A DNA stretch of 32,000 bases from Horticoccus luteus (GTDB lineage: Bacteria; Verrucomicrobiota; Verrucomicrobiia; Opitutales; Opitutaceae): the NCBI RefSeq assembly GCF_019464535.1, contig NZ_CP080507.1, positions 1,770,001 through 1,802,000 of the forward strand, in the 5' to 3' direction. This document shows, piece by piece, positions 21,301 to 29,761 of this stretch. Position 1 is the first letter of the stretch; the number at the start of each line of letters is the position of its first letter. The notes under the pieces were generated by a model that ran no database searches, was not told where the DNA came from, and was given only the letters and a program-made list of their open reading frames with translations. A program made the translations under genes and the position numbers.

Positions 21301-23034
21301 ATGATTGCGCCGATGCGCTGGACCCACACAGCGCTGCCCGCTGAGGAGGTCGGAGCGCTCAGCCGGGATGCGGGCGTGAGCCCCGTCCTGGCGGAGCTCT
21401 TGCTGCGCGCGGGCGTGGCCCGGAGCGAGCTGGCGGCGCAGTTCCTGCAGCCAGCGCTCGCCGGGCTCACGGATCCGTTTCTCCTGCGCAATCTCGAAGC
21501 AGCGGCGACGCGTCTGCGGCTGGCGATCGCGCAGCGCGAGGACGTGGTGGTCCTCGGCGATTACGATGTGGATGGCGTGAGCAGCACGGCGTTGCTCGTG
21601 GGCGTGTTGCGGCGCTTTGGCTTGAGTCCGCGGTTCATCGTGCCGCGGCGTGCCGACGATGGTTACGGGTTGTCGCGGAGCGCGATCGATCGCGCGCTGG
21701 AGCAGGGGAGGCCGCAGGTGTTCGTGGCGCTGGATTGCGGCACGAATTCACATGCAGAAGTGGCCTACCTGTGTGCGCAGGGGATCGATGTCATCGTAAT
21801 CGACCACCATCGCTCGAAGGAGCGCCCGCTGACGCAAGGGATTTTGGTGAACCCGCATATCGACGCGGAAGGCAGCGTGGACGATGTGGCTTGGCGCAAC
21901 CTCTGCACGGTCGGCCTGGTGTTCAAGCTGGCGCATGGATTGCTCAAGCAACTGCGCAGCGAAAACCACCCGGTGGCCTTTGAGCTGAAGTTGCGCGAGC
22001 AGCTCGATCTCGTGGCGCTGGGGACCGTCGCGGATCTGGTGCCGCTGCGCGGGGAGAACCGCATTCTGGCGCGTCATGGGTTGCGCATTTTGCAGGAGAC
22101 GCAGCGGCCGGGTTTGAGGGCGTTGATGGATGTGGCGGGCATGCGCCCTGCGCAGGGCGTGCTGCCCGTGGATATTTCGTTCCGCCTCGGCCCGCGGATC
22201 AACGCGAGCGGGCGGCTCGCCGACGCGGCGTTGTCGGTGGAGTTGCTGTTGAACGACGATGAGACGTTCTGCCGGGAGACGGCGCAGCAGCTCGATCAGT
22301 TCAACCGCGAGCGACAGGACATCGAGCGCAAGATCACGGAGGAAGCGGAGCGCCTCGTGGAGGAGCAGTTTCTGTCGTCGCAGGGTGTTGTGCTCTTCGG
22401 CGAGACCTGGCACCCGGGCGTGGTGGGAATCGTTGCCGGCCGGATCTCGCGCAAATACAACCGCCCGTGCGTGGTGCTGGGCAACGATGGCGAGCTCGCG
22501 AAGGGGTCCGGGCGGAGCGTGGACGGCATCAACTTGGTGGAGGTGCTCGGCCAGTGCAGCGAGCAGCTTTCGAGCTGGGGTGGGCACCCGATGGCCGTGG
22601 GCATCGCATTGAAGAAAGAGAATCTGCCGGAGTTTCGCGCGCGTTTTGCCGCGGCGGTGACGGCGCACGCGGGTGGCGACATTGCGGAGCGCCAGCTCCA
22701 GATCGCGTGCTGGCTGGAACTGGAGCACATCCGCGAGGCGCTGATGGACGAGTTGGCGGGCCTGCATCCGTTTGGGCAGGGCAATCCCGAGCCGGTGTTC
22801 GGATTGCGCGGAATCGTGCTGCGGCATCGCCCGGAAGTGTTCAAGGAACTGCATTTCCGGTTCTTGGTGGATAACGGCGTGCGACGTGTGCATGGCGTGG
22901 CGTGGAAGCAGGCGCATCGTTTGCCGCCGCTGAATCAGCCGATCGACCTCGCAGTGGAGTTGGCGTGGAATCACTTCAACCATCGGCGACTCCTGCAGAT
23001 GGAGTTGATCGACTGGCGCCCGACGCAGGGCTGA
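21301..23034 (+). CDS. recJ: Single-stranded-DNA-specific exonuclease RecJ
   Basis: DHH-family motifs VVVLGDYDVDGVSS, VALDCG, VIVIDHH and GGHPMAVG (DHHA1). ATG at 21301, with an in-frame TTG at 21298. Confidence 0.93.
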   Translation: MIAPMRWTHTALPAEEVGALSRDAGVSPVLAELLLRAGVARSELAAQFLQPALAGLTDPFLLRNLEAAATRLRLAIAQREDVVVLGDYDVDGVSSTALLVGVLRRFGLSPRFIVPRRADDGYGLSRSAIDRALEQGRPQVFVALDCGTNSHAEVAYLCAQGIDVIVIDHHRSKERPLTQGILVNPHIDAEGSVDDVAWRNLCTVGLVFKLAHGLLKQLRSENHPVAFELKLREQLDLVALGTVADLVPLRGENRILARHGLRILQETQRPGLRALMDVAGMRPAQGVLPVDISFRLGPRINASGRLADAALSVELLLNDDETFCRETAQQLDQFNRERQDIERKITEEAERLVEEQFLSSQGVVLFGETWHPGVVGIVAGRISRKYNRPCVVLGNDGELAKGSGRSVDGINLVEVLGQCSEQLSSWGGHPMAVGIALKKENLPEFRARFAAAVTAHAGGDIAERQLQIACWLELEHIREALMDELAGLHPFGQGNPEPVFGLRGIVLRHRPEVFKELHFRFLVDNGVRRVHGVAWKQAHRLPPLNQPIDLAVELAWNHFNHRRLLQMELIDWRPTQG

Positions 23035-23107
23035 GGCGCGACGGTTTTTTCGCTGCAATTCGCGCTTGCACTCCCGGCGCAATCCCACCTTTTTTCCACC
23101 TTCTCAC

Positions 23108-23184
<77 letters not shown>

Positions 23185-23364
23185 TTTTTTGCCGCGCGCC
23201 GCGCGACTGTTCGGCCAACGATTTCCGATTGCAGCGGACCTAGGCGCAGTGAGCGCCCCAGGATGGGGCCGCGCGTTTAGGTTTTAGGAGAGCGGAAGTT
23301 CTTTCGATTGGGACTTACAGAAATCGACGCGGAGTCGAATAGAGGCGCCGGAGAGGTAAGGTGG

Positions 23365-23424
23365 ATGCCCTATTTTTTACCAAAAAATGCGCAAGGTGAG
23401 TGCATTAGACGCAATCGCCGTTGA
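23365..23424 (+). CDS. Candidate 19-codon upstream ORF (MPYFLPKNAQGECIRRNRR)
   Basis: GGAGAGG at 23350-23356 lies 8 nt before the ATG. Codons 3-8 are A/T-rich (TAT TTT TTA CCA AAA AAT) and form the palindrome ATTTTTT-ACC-AAAAAAT. The stop TGA (23422-23424) overlaps the TTG at 23421 that opens the membrane-protein ORF. Confidence 0.25.
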   Translation: MPYFLPKNAQGECIRRNRR

Positions 23425-24059
23425 CGAGCAGAGCGGGGCGTCGAGACGTGGAAGAGGTGAACGTTGCCTGGCCTATCGTGATCGTCGCGGGGTTGCTGCT
23501 GTTTTTCCCGGTGAGGTTTTTCTTTCCGGCGAACGGGCTTTTGCGGACGCTTTCACATCCGCCGGACAGCATGGAGCACAAGCCGACGCCGCTCTGGTGG
23601 CTCACATGGGCGCAAGGATTGGATTTCCTGAGCGGTTGGGTCGCGGCGTATTTACTGCGGGAGCATGGGTTCAGGGCGGCGCCTCGGGCGGTCGGAGCGG
23701 ATGCTCTGGCGCCGGCGTTGGTGACGTATGGGCTCCTGCTCGCGGCGGTCTTTTATCGCATGCCGGTGCGGGGACGGAAATACGTGTGCGTGGCGCCGGT
23801 GGGTTTTGTGTTGGGCGTGATGTGGGCGGTGGTGCCGCCCATCGTGGCGCTGGTGAGCACCGTTTTTCTGGTGTGCAGCGCGGCGGCGTTTCGAAGTCTC
23901 ACGCCCGCATTTCTTGCCGGCGCTGCGGCCGTGGTGGCGACGGGATTTCTCTTTAACGCGCCGCGCCTTGAGCTCGTCTTTTTCGCGCTGGTCGCCGCGA
24001 TGCCGGTGGTGGTTTCGGTCGTCAGCTATCGCGCATTGGCGTTGCCGAGCCGACGATGA
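23421..24059 (+). CDS. Hypothetical multi-pass membrane protein (family not recognised)
   Basis: About six hydrophobic segments (WPIVIVAGLLLFF, LDFLSGWVAAYLL, ALVTYGLLLAAVFY, VGFVLGVMWAVVPPIVALV, FLAGAAAVVATGFLF, LVFFALVAAMPVVVSVV). This frame has strong G/C third-position bias, unlike the overlapping 23387 frame. The start is uncertain (TTG 23421, GTG 23457 or a later ATG). Confidence 0.6.
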   Translation: MTSRAGRRDVEEVNVAWPIVIVAGLLLFFPVRFFFPANGLLRTLSHPPDSMEHKPTPLWWLTWAQGLDFLSGWVAAYLLREHGFRAAPRAVGADALAPALVTYGLLLAAVFYRMPVRGRKYVCVAPVGFVLGVMWAVVPPIVALVSTVFLVCSAAAFRSLTPAFLAGAAAVVATGFLFNAPRLELVFFALVAAMPVVVSVVSYRALALPSRR

Positions 24060-24156
24060 ACGGTCGGCGGAGTCGGGGCCCGTCCTGTGCGACCGCCGAA
24101 ACGATACGACCGGACGGAGGGCTTGCGACAGCGAGCGAACACGCGAGATTGGCGGG

Positions 24157-24903
24157 ATGAGTGCTGAATTTCCTGCGTCCACCGAGAGTGCGTTGCCGTC
24201 ACCTGCGCCTACGCCTGCGGAAGCGGCGGCACCACTGCCGATCGAGCCCCCGTTGTCAGTGCTCGAAGCACGGGTGCTGGGTTGCTTGATCGAAAAGGAG
24301 CTGGCGACGCCCGACGTGTATCCGCTGACGCTGAACGCGTTGGTGAACGCGTGCAACCAGCGCAATAATCGTGCGCCGCTGCTGAGTGCCGGCGCGAGCG
24401 AAGTGGAAGTGGCGCTGGAGCACTTGCGGCACAAGCAACTCGTGACGTTTTTTGCGGGCGCGGAGGCGCGCGTGAAGAAGTTCAAGCAACGGCTCGACGC
24501 GGAATTTCCGATGGAAACGCCGGCGCGCGCGATGATCGCCGAGCTGCTTTTGCGGGGTCCGCAAACGAGCGCAGGTTTGCGCGGCAATGCGGAGCGGATG
24601 TGCGCGATGCCGGATCTGGGGGAGATCGACACGATGTTGGGCGAACTGGCGGCGCGTCCGGCGGGACCGTTGGTGCGCAAGTTACCCCGGCAGCCCGGAC
24701 AGAAGGAGGCGCGCTGGGTGCAACTTTTCACCGGCGAACCGCCGACAATCGCAGCGGCGGAGTTGAGCGGGCCGGCGGAGCCGCTGGTCGTCGGAATCGC
24801 CCTGCCGGCAGAGGCGGAGCGGCGGCTGGCGGCGCTGGAAGCGGAAATTGCGGCGTTGAAGCACGAATTGGCGCAGTTGCGTGAATCGCTCGGCGGTGGC
24901 TAA
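24157..24903 (+). CDS. yceH: YceH-like protein (DUF480/UPF0502 family)
   Basis: LSVLEARVLGCLIEKELATPDVYPLTLNALVNACNQRNNR...ELLLRGPQTSAGLR...QPGQKEARWVQLFTGE and the C-terminal coiled coil match remembered E. coli YceH closely. I use the ATG at 24157, not the track start at 23914. Confidence 0.8.
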   Translation: MSAEFPASTESALPSPAPTPAEAAAPLPIEPPLSVLEARVLGCLIEKELATPDVYPLTLNALVNACNQRNNRAPLLSAGASEVEVALEHLRHKQLVTFFAGAEARVKKFKQRLDAEFPMETPARAMIAELLLRGPQTSAGLRGNAERMCAMPDLGEIDTMLGELAARPAGPLVRKLPRQPGQKEARWVQLFTGEPPTIAAAELSGPAEPLVVGIALPAEAERRLAALEAEIAALKHELAQLRESLGGG

Positions 24904-24923
24904 CGTGCACGGAGCGCGCTGCG

Positions 24924-25820
24924 TCAGGGATGTTGAAGCGCCGGATACGTGAACGCAAAGAAGTGCACGGTGTTGAGCGCGAAGTGAGCGAGGATGCTTG
25001 CTTCAATGCGACCCGTGCGCAGGTAAATCCACCCGTAGCCGAGGCCGGCGATCGTGGCGAGAAACACGTAGACCGCACCGCCCGCCGCGTGCGCGAGGCC
25101 GAAAAGCGCCGCCGCAACGACCAAGGCGAACCAGCGCCCGGCGACCGAGGGTCCCCACAGCCGCTGCAATTGCGCCTGCACAAAACCGCGGAAAACCGCC
25201 TCCTCGGCCATGCACGTAAAGAGGAGGTTCACGCCGAGCCAGAGAGCGGTGGCGGCAGGGACCTTCGGGGCCCAGCGAACGTAGCCGGTGACGAGTGACA
25301 CGCCGAGGACGACTGCCATCACCCCGAGCGCGCGTGGCGCGGTGGCGGCGAGCATGGTCCGCCATTCGGCGAAGGAACCGATGCGCGGGTGGCACCAGCG
25401 CAGCAGAAGCAAACCCACGACCACTTTGTCGAAGTTGAGATAAAGGGTAAACGGCACGGCGTCGGGCGTGAAGCGGACCGCATCGAGGACACGCGGGTTG
25501 TGAAAGCCGGGCAGCCGATGCAGCATAAGCGCGGCGGCGAGCAACAGGACGGCGGCAGCGGCGGCCAGGCGTGCGCCACGATGCGCAGAGGCGGAGGCGA
25601 AACCGCAGGCCGCCGCGGCGAATCCGGCGATCCAGAGGAATGCGAGGGGATCGAGCACACGCGTTTGCAAGCCCGTCAAAAGCGCCAGCGCCCAGAACCA
25701 GAACCACCCGCGGCGCCGCAGGAACGACGTTTCGCCGCCCGCCCAAAGCGAGACGATGGCGGCAGCGAGAAACATGAAGGGAACGGCCACGAAGATCAGC
25801 GAAGCGAGACGCCGAGCCAT
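24924..25820 (-). CDS. CPBP-family intramembrane metalloprotease (CAAX/Abi-like)
   Basis: Multi-TM protein with motif 1 EEAVFRGF, motif 2 FGLAH and motif 3 HFALN. I prefer the ATG at 25820 (MARRLASLIF) over the TTG at 25835. Confidence 0.8.
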   Translation of the reverse strand: MARRLASLIFVAVPFMFLAAAIVSLWAGGETSFLRRRGWFWFWALALLTGLQTRVLDPLAFLWIAGFAAAACGFASASAHRGARLAAAAAVLLLAAALMLHRLPGFHNPRVLDAVRFTPDAVPFTLYLNFDKVVVGLLLLRWCHPRIGSFAEWRTMLAATAPRALGVMAVVLGVSLVTGYVRWAPKVPAATALWLGVNLLFTCMAEEAVFRGFVQAQLQRLWGPSVAGRWFALVVAAALFGLAHAAGGAVYVFLATIAGLGYGWIYLRTGRIEASILAHFALNTVHFFAFTYPALQHP

Positions 25821-25918
25821 TGGCGAGCCCAGCAATGTGTCCGCGGCGCTGGCTAGGCGGTGGAAGTTGTTTTAGGATCCGCGATCGCCGGGCAAAGGGC
25901 CCGGCGGCAATTCATACC

Positions 25919-26347
25919 ATGAAAAGAAAAGCCTCCGCTCTCTGGCGCGGCGATCTGAAGTCAGGTCGCGGCACAATTTCCACCGCCAGCGCTGTCCTCA
26001 AGGACACGCCGTATTCATTCGCGACGCGTTTTGAAAGCAGCCCGGGCACCAATCCGGAAGAGCTGATCGGCGCAGCGCACGCGGGATGTTTCTCCATGGC
26101 GCTGTCGATGGAATTGGACAAGGCGGGGTTCACCGCGGACTCCGTTGCGACGACGGCGGAAGTGACGCTCGAAAACCATCCGCAAACGAGCTGGACGGTG
26201 ACGCGCATCCATTTGACGACGGAGGCGAAGGTGCCGCGGATCACCGCGGAGAAGTTTGCGGAAATCGCCAAGGGGGCGAAGGAGGGCTGCCCGATTTCGC
26301 GGCTGTTGAAAGCGGCGGAAATCACGCTCGACGCGAAGCTGGTGTGA
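25919..26347 (+). CDS. osmC: OsmC-family peroxiredoxin
   Basis: WRGDLKSGRGTISTASAVL...TNPEELIGAAHAGCFSMAL...GAKEGCPISRLL is near-collinear with remembered E. coli OsmC, including both catalytic Cys. ATG at 25919. Confidence 0.92.
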   Translation: MKRKASALWRGDLKSGRGTISTASAVLKDTPYSFATRFESSPGTNPEELIGAAHAGCFSMALSMELDKAGFTADSVATTAEVTLENHPQTSWTVTRIHLTTEAKVPRITAEKFAEIAKGAKEGCPISRLLKAAEITLDAKLV

Positions 26348-26375
26348 GGTGCGCCGGCCGGCGCGAGGAGCAGGC

Positions 26376-26621
26376 ATGTCAAAGACGAGGCGGCAATTGT
26401 TGCTGGCAGTCGCGGACGCGATCGGTGGACGGCGCGGCGCGGGAATGCGTGCGGCGTTGGACAGCCAGTTGCTGCACGATCTCGAAGTATGGGATGAGCT
26501 GCTGAGCGAGGCGGAATTTGAATTGCAGGTGGCGCAGCTCGCCCGGCGATTGTCGACGGACGATCCCGGGCTCGGACGGCGCGCGTTCGAGCCACCGGAG
26601 ACTTGGGGCTTGGCGAACTGA
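26376..26621 (+). CDS. Hypothetical small acidic protein (81 aa)
   Basis: GAGGAG at 26365-26370 lies 5 nt before the ATG. G/C third-position bias is high. Predicted helical (LLHDLEVWDELLSEAEFELQVAQLARRL). No family recognised. Confidence 0.5.
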   Translation: MSKTRRQLLLAVADAIGGRRGAGMRAALDSQLLHDLEVWDELLSEAEFELQVAQLARRLSTDDPGLGRRAFEPPETWGLAN

Positions 26622-26688
26622 CGCGGCACGCGTCGTCGCGCGGAGAGGTGTGGCGCGCACGTCTGGGGGCGGAGCAAGACGGCGGGTT

Positions 26689-28581
26689 TCACCACGCGAT
26701 GCCGTAGTCTTCACCGGTGTCGGACGCGGCACCTTCGAAGGCACCGTGTTCGGCATCGATGTAGATTGCGGTCACGGGTGAGTAGACGCGCGGAAGAGGT
26801 TCGACGTGATAGCCCATCTGCGTGAGTTGCTCGCGGACCCACGGCGGCACGTCGTCGCGAACTTCGAGGCGGCCGGGTTCGGAGCGATGGTCGCCGAAGG
26901 AGGACTGCATTTGGTAGCTGGCGAAGTTGGCGGCTTCGGCGGATTGCTGCACATTCATGCCGAACTCAACGACGTTGAGGAAAAACTGGAGCAGATTCTG
27001 GTCCTGCGAATCGCCGCCTTGCACGGAGAACGCGAGAAAAGGGCGGCCATTTTTCAACGCGAGAGAGGGCGAGAGTGTCACGCGGGGGCGTTTGCCGGGT
27101 TCGAGGACGTTGAAGGGATTCATCGCACGATCGAGGACGAAGCTCTGCATGCGTTGCGAGAGGCCCACACCCGTATGGCCGGCGATCACCGCGGGAATCC
27201 AACCGCCGCTCGGAGTGACGGAGATCACCCAACCGCTGGCGTCGGCCGCTTGAATGGAGGTAGTGCCGGCGCGGAAATTTTCGTCGGGCGTGAAAGTCGC
27301 GGAGACTTGGAAGCCGGCGGGTTTTCCGGCGGAGGTCGCTGGCGTGGGCGTCCACTTCTCGAGGAGATCGCGAAACGGATTTTGTTCTCCTTGGTAAGGG
27401 TAGGGATCGCCGGGGCGGGCACTCGTGTCGTTGTGGTGCGGGTTGATCGTGGCGAAGCGGGCGGCTGCGTAGTCTTTTGAAAGCAAGCCGCGGATGGGTT
27501 CGGCGGGTGGGAAGGCGGGGTCGCCGTAGTAGAAATCGCGGTCGGCGAACGCGAGGTTCATGGCTTGATAAACGGTGTGGATGTAGCGGGCGCTGTTGTA
27601 GCCCATCGCGCGGAGGTCGGCGTGTTCGAGGAGATTCAGCGTTTCGAGAAGGGCGGGGCCTTGCGTCCACGTCGTGAGCTTATACACGTCGACGCCGCGG
27701 TAGGTGGTGGAGACGGGTTTCTCGATTTTCACGCGCCAGCGGTCGAGATCTTCGAGAGTGATGAGGCCGCCCTGCTCCTGGGTGGCGCGGACGAGTTCGC
27801 GGGCGATGTCGCCGCGGTAGAAGCGATCATAGGCAGCCATGATGGCGGTCGTGCGATCGCTGCCGGCGGCGAGGGCGGCGTGTTCGGCGTCGACGAGGGA
27901 ACGCAGCATCGCGGCGAGTTCGGGTTGACGGAAAATTTCGCCGGGCTGCGGCGCGGCGCGCTGGGCAGGGTTTCTTTCGTCCAAGTGCGGGAGGAAAACG
28001 CGTTTGGAATACGGCCACGCGGCGATGCGGCTGCGGAAACGCTCAATGGTGTCGGCGGCTTGCGCTTCCATCGGATAGCCGTCCGCCATTTGAATCGCGG
28101 GCGCGAGCACGTCGGCGAGAGACAGCGTGCCATACTCCGCGAGCAGGGTGAGCAGGCCGCCGGGTGTGCCGGGTGTGACGGCCGCGAGCGGTCCGTATTC
28201 AGGCGGGTAGGCCAGGCCACGGGCGCGAAAGAAGTCCACGGTCGCACCCGTGGGCGCGACACCGAGAGCGTTGAGGGCGATGACCTGTTGTGTGCGCGGG
28301 TTGTAGAGGAGAGCCTGCGTCTCGCCACCCCACGAGAGGGTGTCCCACATGGTGCAGGTGGCGGCGAGCATGGCGCAGGCGGCATCGATGGCGTTGCCAC
28401 CTTTCGCGAAAGTGAGGGCGCCGGCGGTGGCGGCGAGGGGTTTGCCCGTGACGGCGACCCAGTGCTTGCCGTGGAGAAGCGGTTTGTTGGTGCGCTGCGC
28501 GGAGAGCGGGGACGCGAGGAAGGTCGTGGAGACGGCCAGAGCGAGGAGTGCGGTCGGGCGCGGACGGGCAGGGAAACGCAT
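26689..28581 (-). CDS. Gamma-glutamyltransferase-family (Ntn hydrolase) protein, secreted
   Basis: Signal peptide MRFPARPRPTALLALAVSTTFLASPLSA. GGNAIDAA motif near the N-terminus. Autoprocessing/nucleophile region AGTTSIQAADASGW. ATG at 28581; the longer track ORF would overlap the GT2 gene. Confidence 0.85.
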   Translation of the reverse strand: MRFPARPRPTALLALAVSTTFLASPLSAQRTNKPLLHGKHWVAVTGKPLAATAGALTFAKGGNAIDAACAMLAATCTMWDTLSWGGETQALLYNPRTQQVIALNALGVAPTGATVDFFRARGLAYPPEYGPLAAVTPGTPGGLLTLLAEYGTLSLADVLAPAIQMADGYPMEAQAADTIERFRSRIAAWPYSKRVFLPHLDERNPAQRAAPQPGEIFRQPELAAMLRSLVDAEHAALAAGSDRTTAIMAAYDRFYRGDIARELVRATQEQGGLITLEDLDRWRVKIEKPVSTTYRGVDVYKLTTWTQGPALLETLNLLEHADLRAMGYNSARYIHTVYQAMNLAFADRDFYYGDPAFPPAEPIRGLLSKDYAAARFATINPHHNDTSARPGDPYPYQGEQNPFRDLLEKWTPTPATSAGKPAGFQVSATFTPDENFRAGTTSIQAADASGWVISVTPSGGWIPAVIAGHTGVGLSQRMQSFVLDRAMNPFNVLEPGKRPRVTLSPSLALKNGRPFLAFSVQGGDSQDQNLLQFFLNVVEFGMNVQQSAEAANFASYQMQSSFGDHRSEPGRLEVRDDVPPWVREQLTQMGYHVEPLPRVYSPVTAIYIDAEHGAFEGAASDTGEDYGIAW

Positions 28582-28648
28582 GGGGTAAGGGCAGACGCGC
28601 CCGGCGCGGACGCGACGCGGGAAAGAATGGCGCGCGCAGAGAAACCCG

Positions 28649-29683
28649 TCAAAGCGAGACTGCGCGTCGAGATCCCGCGGGCAGGCGCATGCCGGGCGAA
28701 CGTGTGAAGAGCCAGATGCGGGAGAGCAGGCGCAGGCCGCGATCACCAGTTACGCGACTCCAGAGTCGCAGCCAGCGTTCGTTGCGGGAGGTGAAGCGGG
28801 AGCGCAAGAGCATCTGCCGGTGGTAGCGCAACGCGCGACGTGACCAGCTGCCGGCGACGAGCAGTATATCACGGGCGCGCAGGGGATGCTCTTGCAGGAA
28901 GCGTTGCCGATCGAAGCACGCAGGGCGGCCGGTGGCGCGCAGACGGGCGAGGTTGACGCGCGTCTGCACGATGCAAGCGGGAACGGTGCGCCCGGCGCGC
29001 TGCATTTCCGTGGTCACGCGGTCGCAGGTGTGGCACCGGTAACGGGCGAGCGGCGCGCCGACCTGCACTGCGCCGCCCGCGAGGGCGAGGCGGAACCAGA
29101 GATCCCAATCGCCGGTGAAGGGGGCATGCGTGGGAAATCCGCCGAGGGCCCGTGCTGTGGGCACATGGATCAATTGGCCGGGAAAGGGAAACTGGTTGCC
29201 GTGGGCAAAGGTTTCCGGCGAAACGCGGCGCCACGCTTCACCGCGTGGCAGTCCGCGTTCGCGCAACCGCCGGCCTTGCGCATCGATGAAAATCGTGCCG
29301 CCAAAATACAAGGCAGCGCCCGGGGCCGCTGCGGCGACATTCACGAGGCGAGCGACAAAATCGGACGCGAGGAGATCGTCGTCGTGAAGAATCGAAAGCC
29401 ACGGCGTCGGGCACGCCGCGAGAGCGGCGTTCATATTGCCAAAGATTCCCCGCGGCTGGGGATTGCGTCGATATCCGACCGGGCGGGGCGCGGCGGTGAG
29501 AAGGCGCTGCACTTCGGCGGGTCGGTCGCAGCCATCGTCCTGCACCCAGACGTTGACGGGTAGCGTCTGCCGGACGGCAGAATCCAACGCCGCCGCCATG
29601 AAATCGAGCCGGCGAAACATGGTGAGGGCGATCGAGATTTCAGCGGGCGCAACGGACATGGACGCGGGTTCGCGTATGGTCAC
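28649..29683 (-). CDS. Family 2 glycosyltransferase
   Basis: The N-terminal GT-A fold pattern ISIALTMFRRLDFMAAALDSAVRQT...VWVQDDGCD and the DxD-type motif ILHDDDLL are present. Start is GTG 29683 or ATG 29659. Confidence 0.8.
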   Translation of the reverse strand: MTIREPASMSVAPAEISIALTMFRRLDFMAAALDSAVRQTLPVNVWVQDDGCDRPAEVQRLLTAAPRPVGYRRNPQPRGIFGNMNAALAACPTPWLSILHDDDLLASDFVARLVNVAAAAPGAALYFGGTIFIDAQGRRLRERGLPRGEAWRRVSPETFAHGNQFPFPGQLIHVPTARALGGFPTHAPFTGDWDLWFRLALAGGAVQVGAPLARYRCHTCDRVTTEMQRAGRTVPACIVQTRVNLARLRATGRPACFDRQRFLQEHPLRARDILLVAGSWSRRALRYHRQMLLRSRFTSRNERWLRLWSRVTGDRGLRLLSRIWLFTRSPGMRLPAGSRRAVSL

Positions 29684-29761
29684 GCTGCATGACCGAAAGG
29701 CTCCCGCGCGCCTACGCGGCCGGCCCTGATCGTGCGGTGCGGCCCCGCACTACGCGGCTCC

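Noticed and set aside
23035-23060. T6 run after recJ (23045-23050) as a terminator
   Set aside because: I could not find a convincing GC-rich stem immediately upstream.
23185-23420. Possible genomic island or integration scar at tRNA-Arg
   Set aside because: No integrase or mobile-element gene follows. I found no direct repeat of the tRNA 3' end downstream, only a 9-nt reverse-complement match (GGAGTCGAA, about 23323-23331) to the T-arm, which is within chance.
24256-24270. GTGCT-CGA-AGCAC palindrome resembling half of the lexA operator
   Set aside because: It lies inside the yceH coding sequence, has the wrong spacing (5-3-5) and does not match TGCTC-N4-GAGCA.
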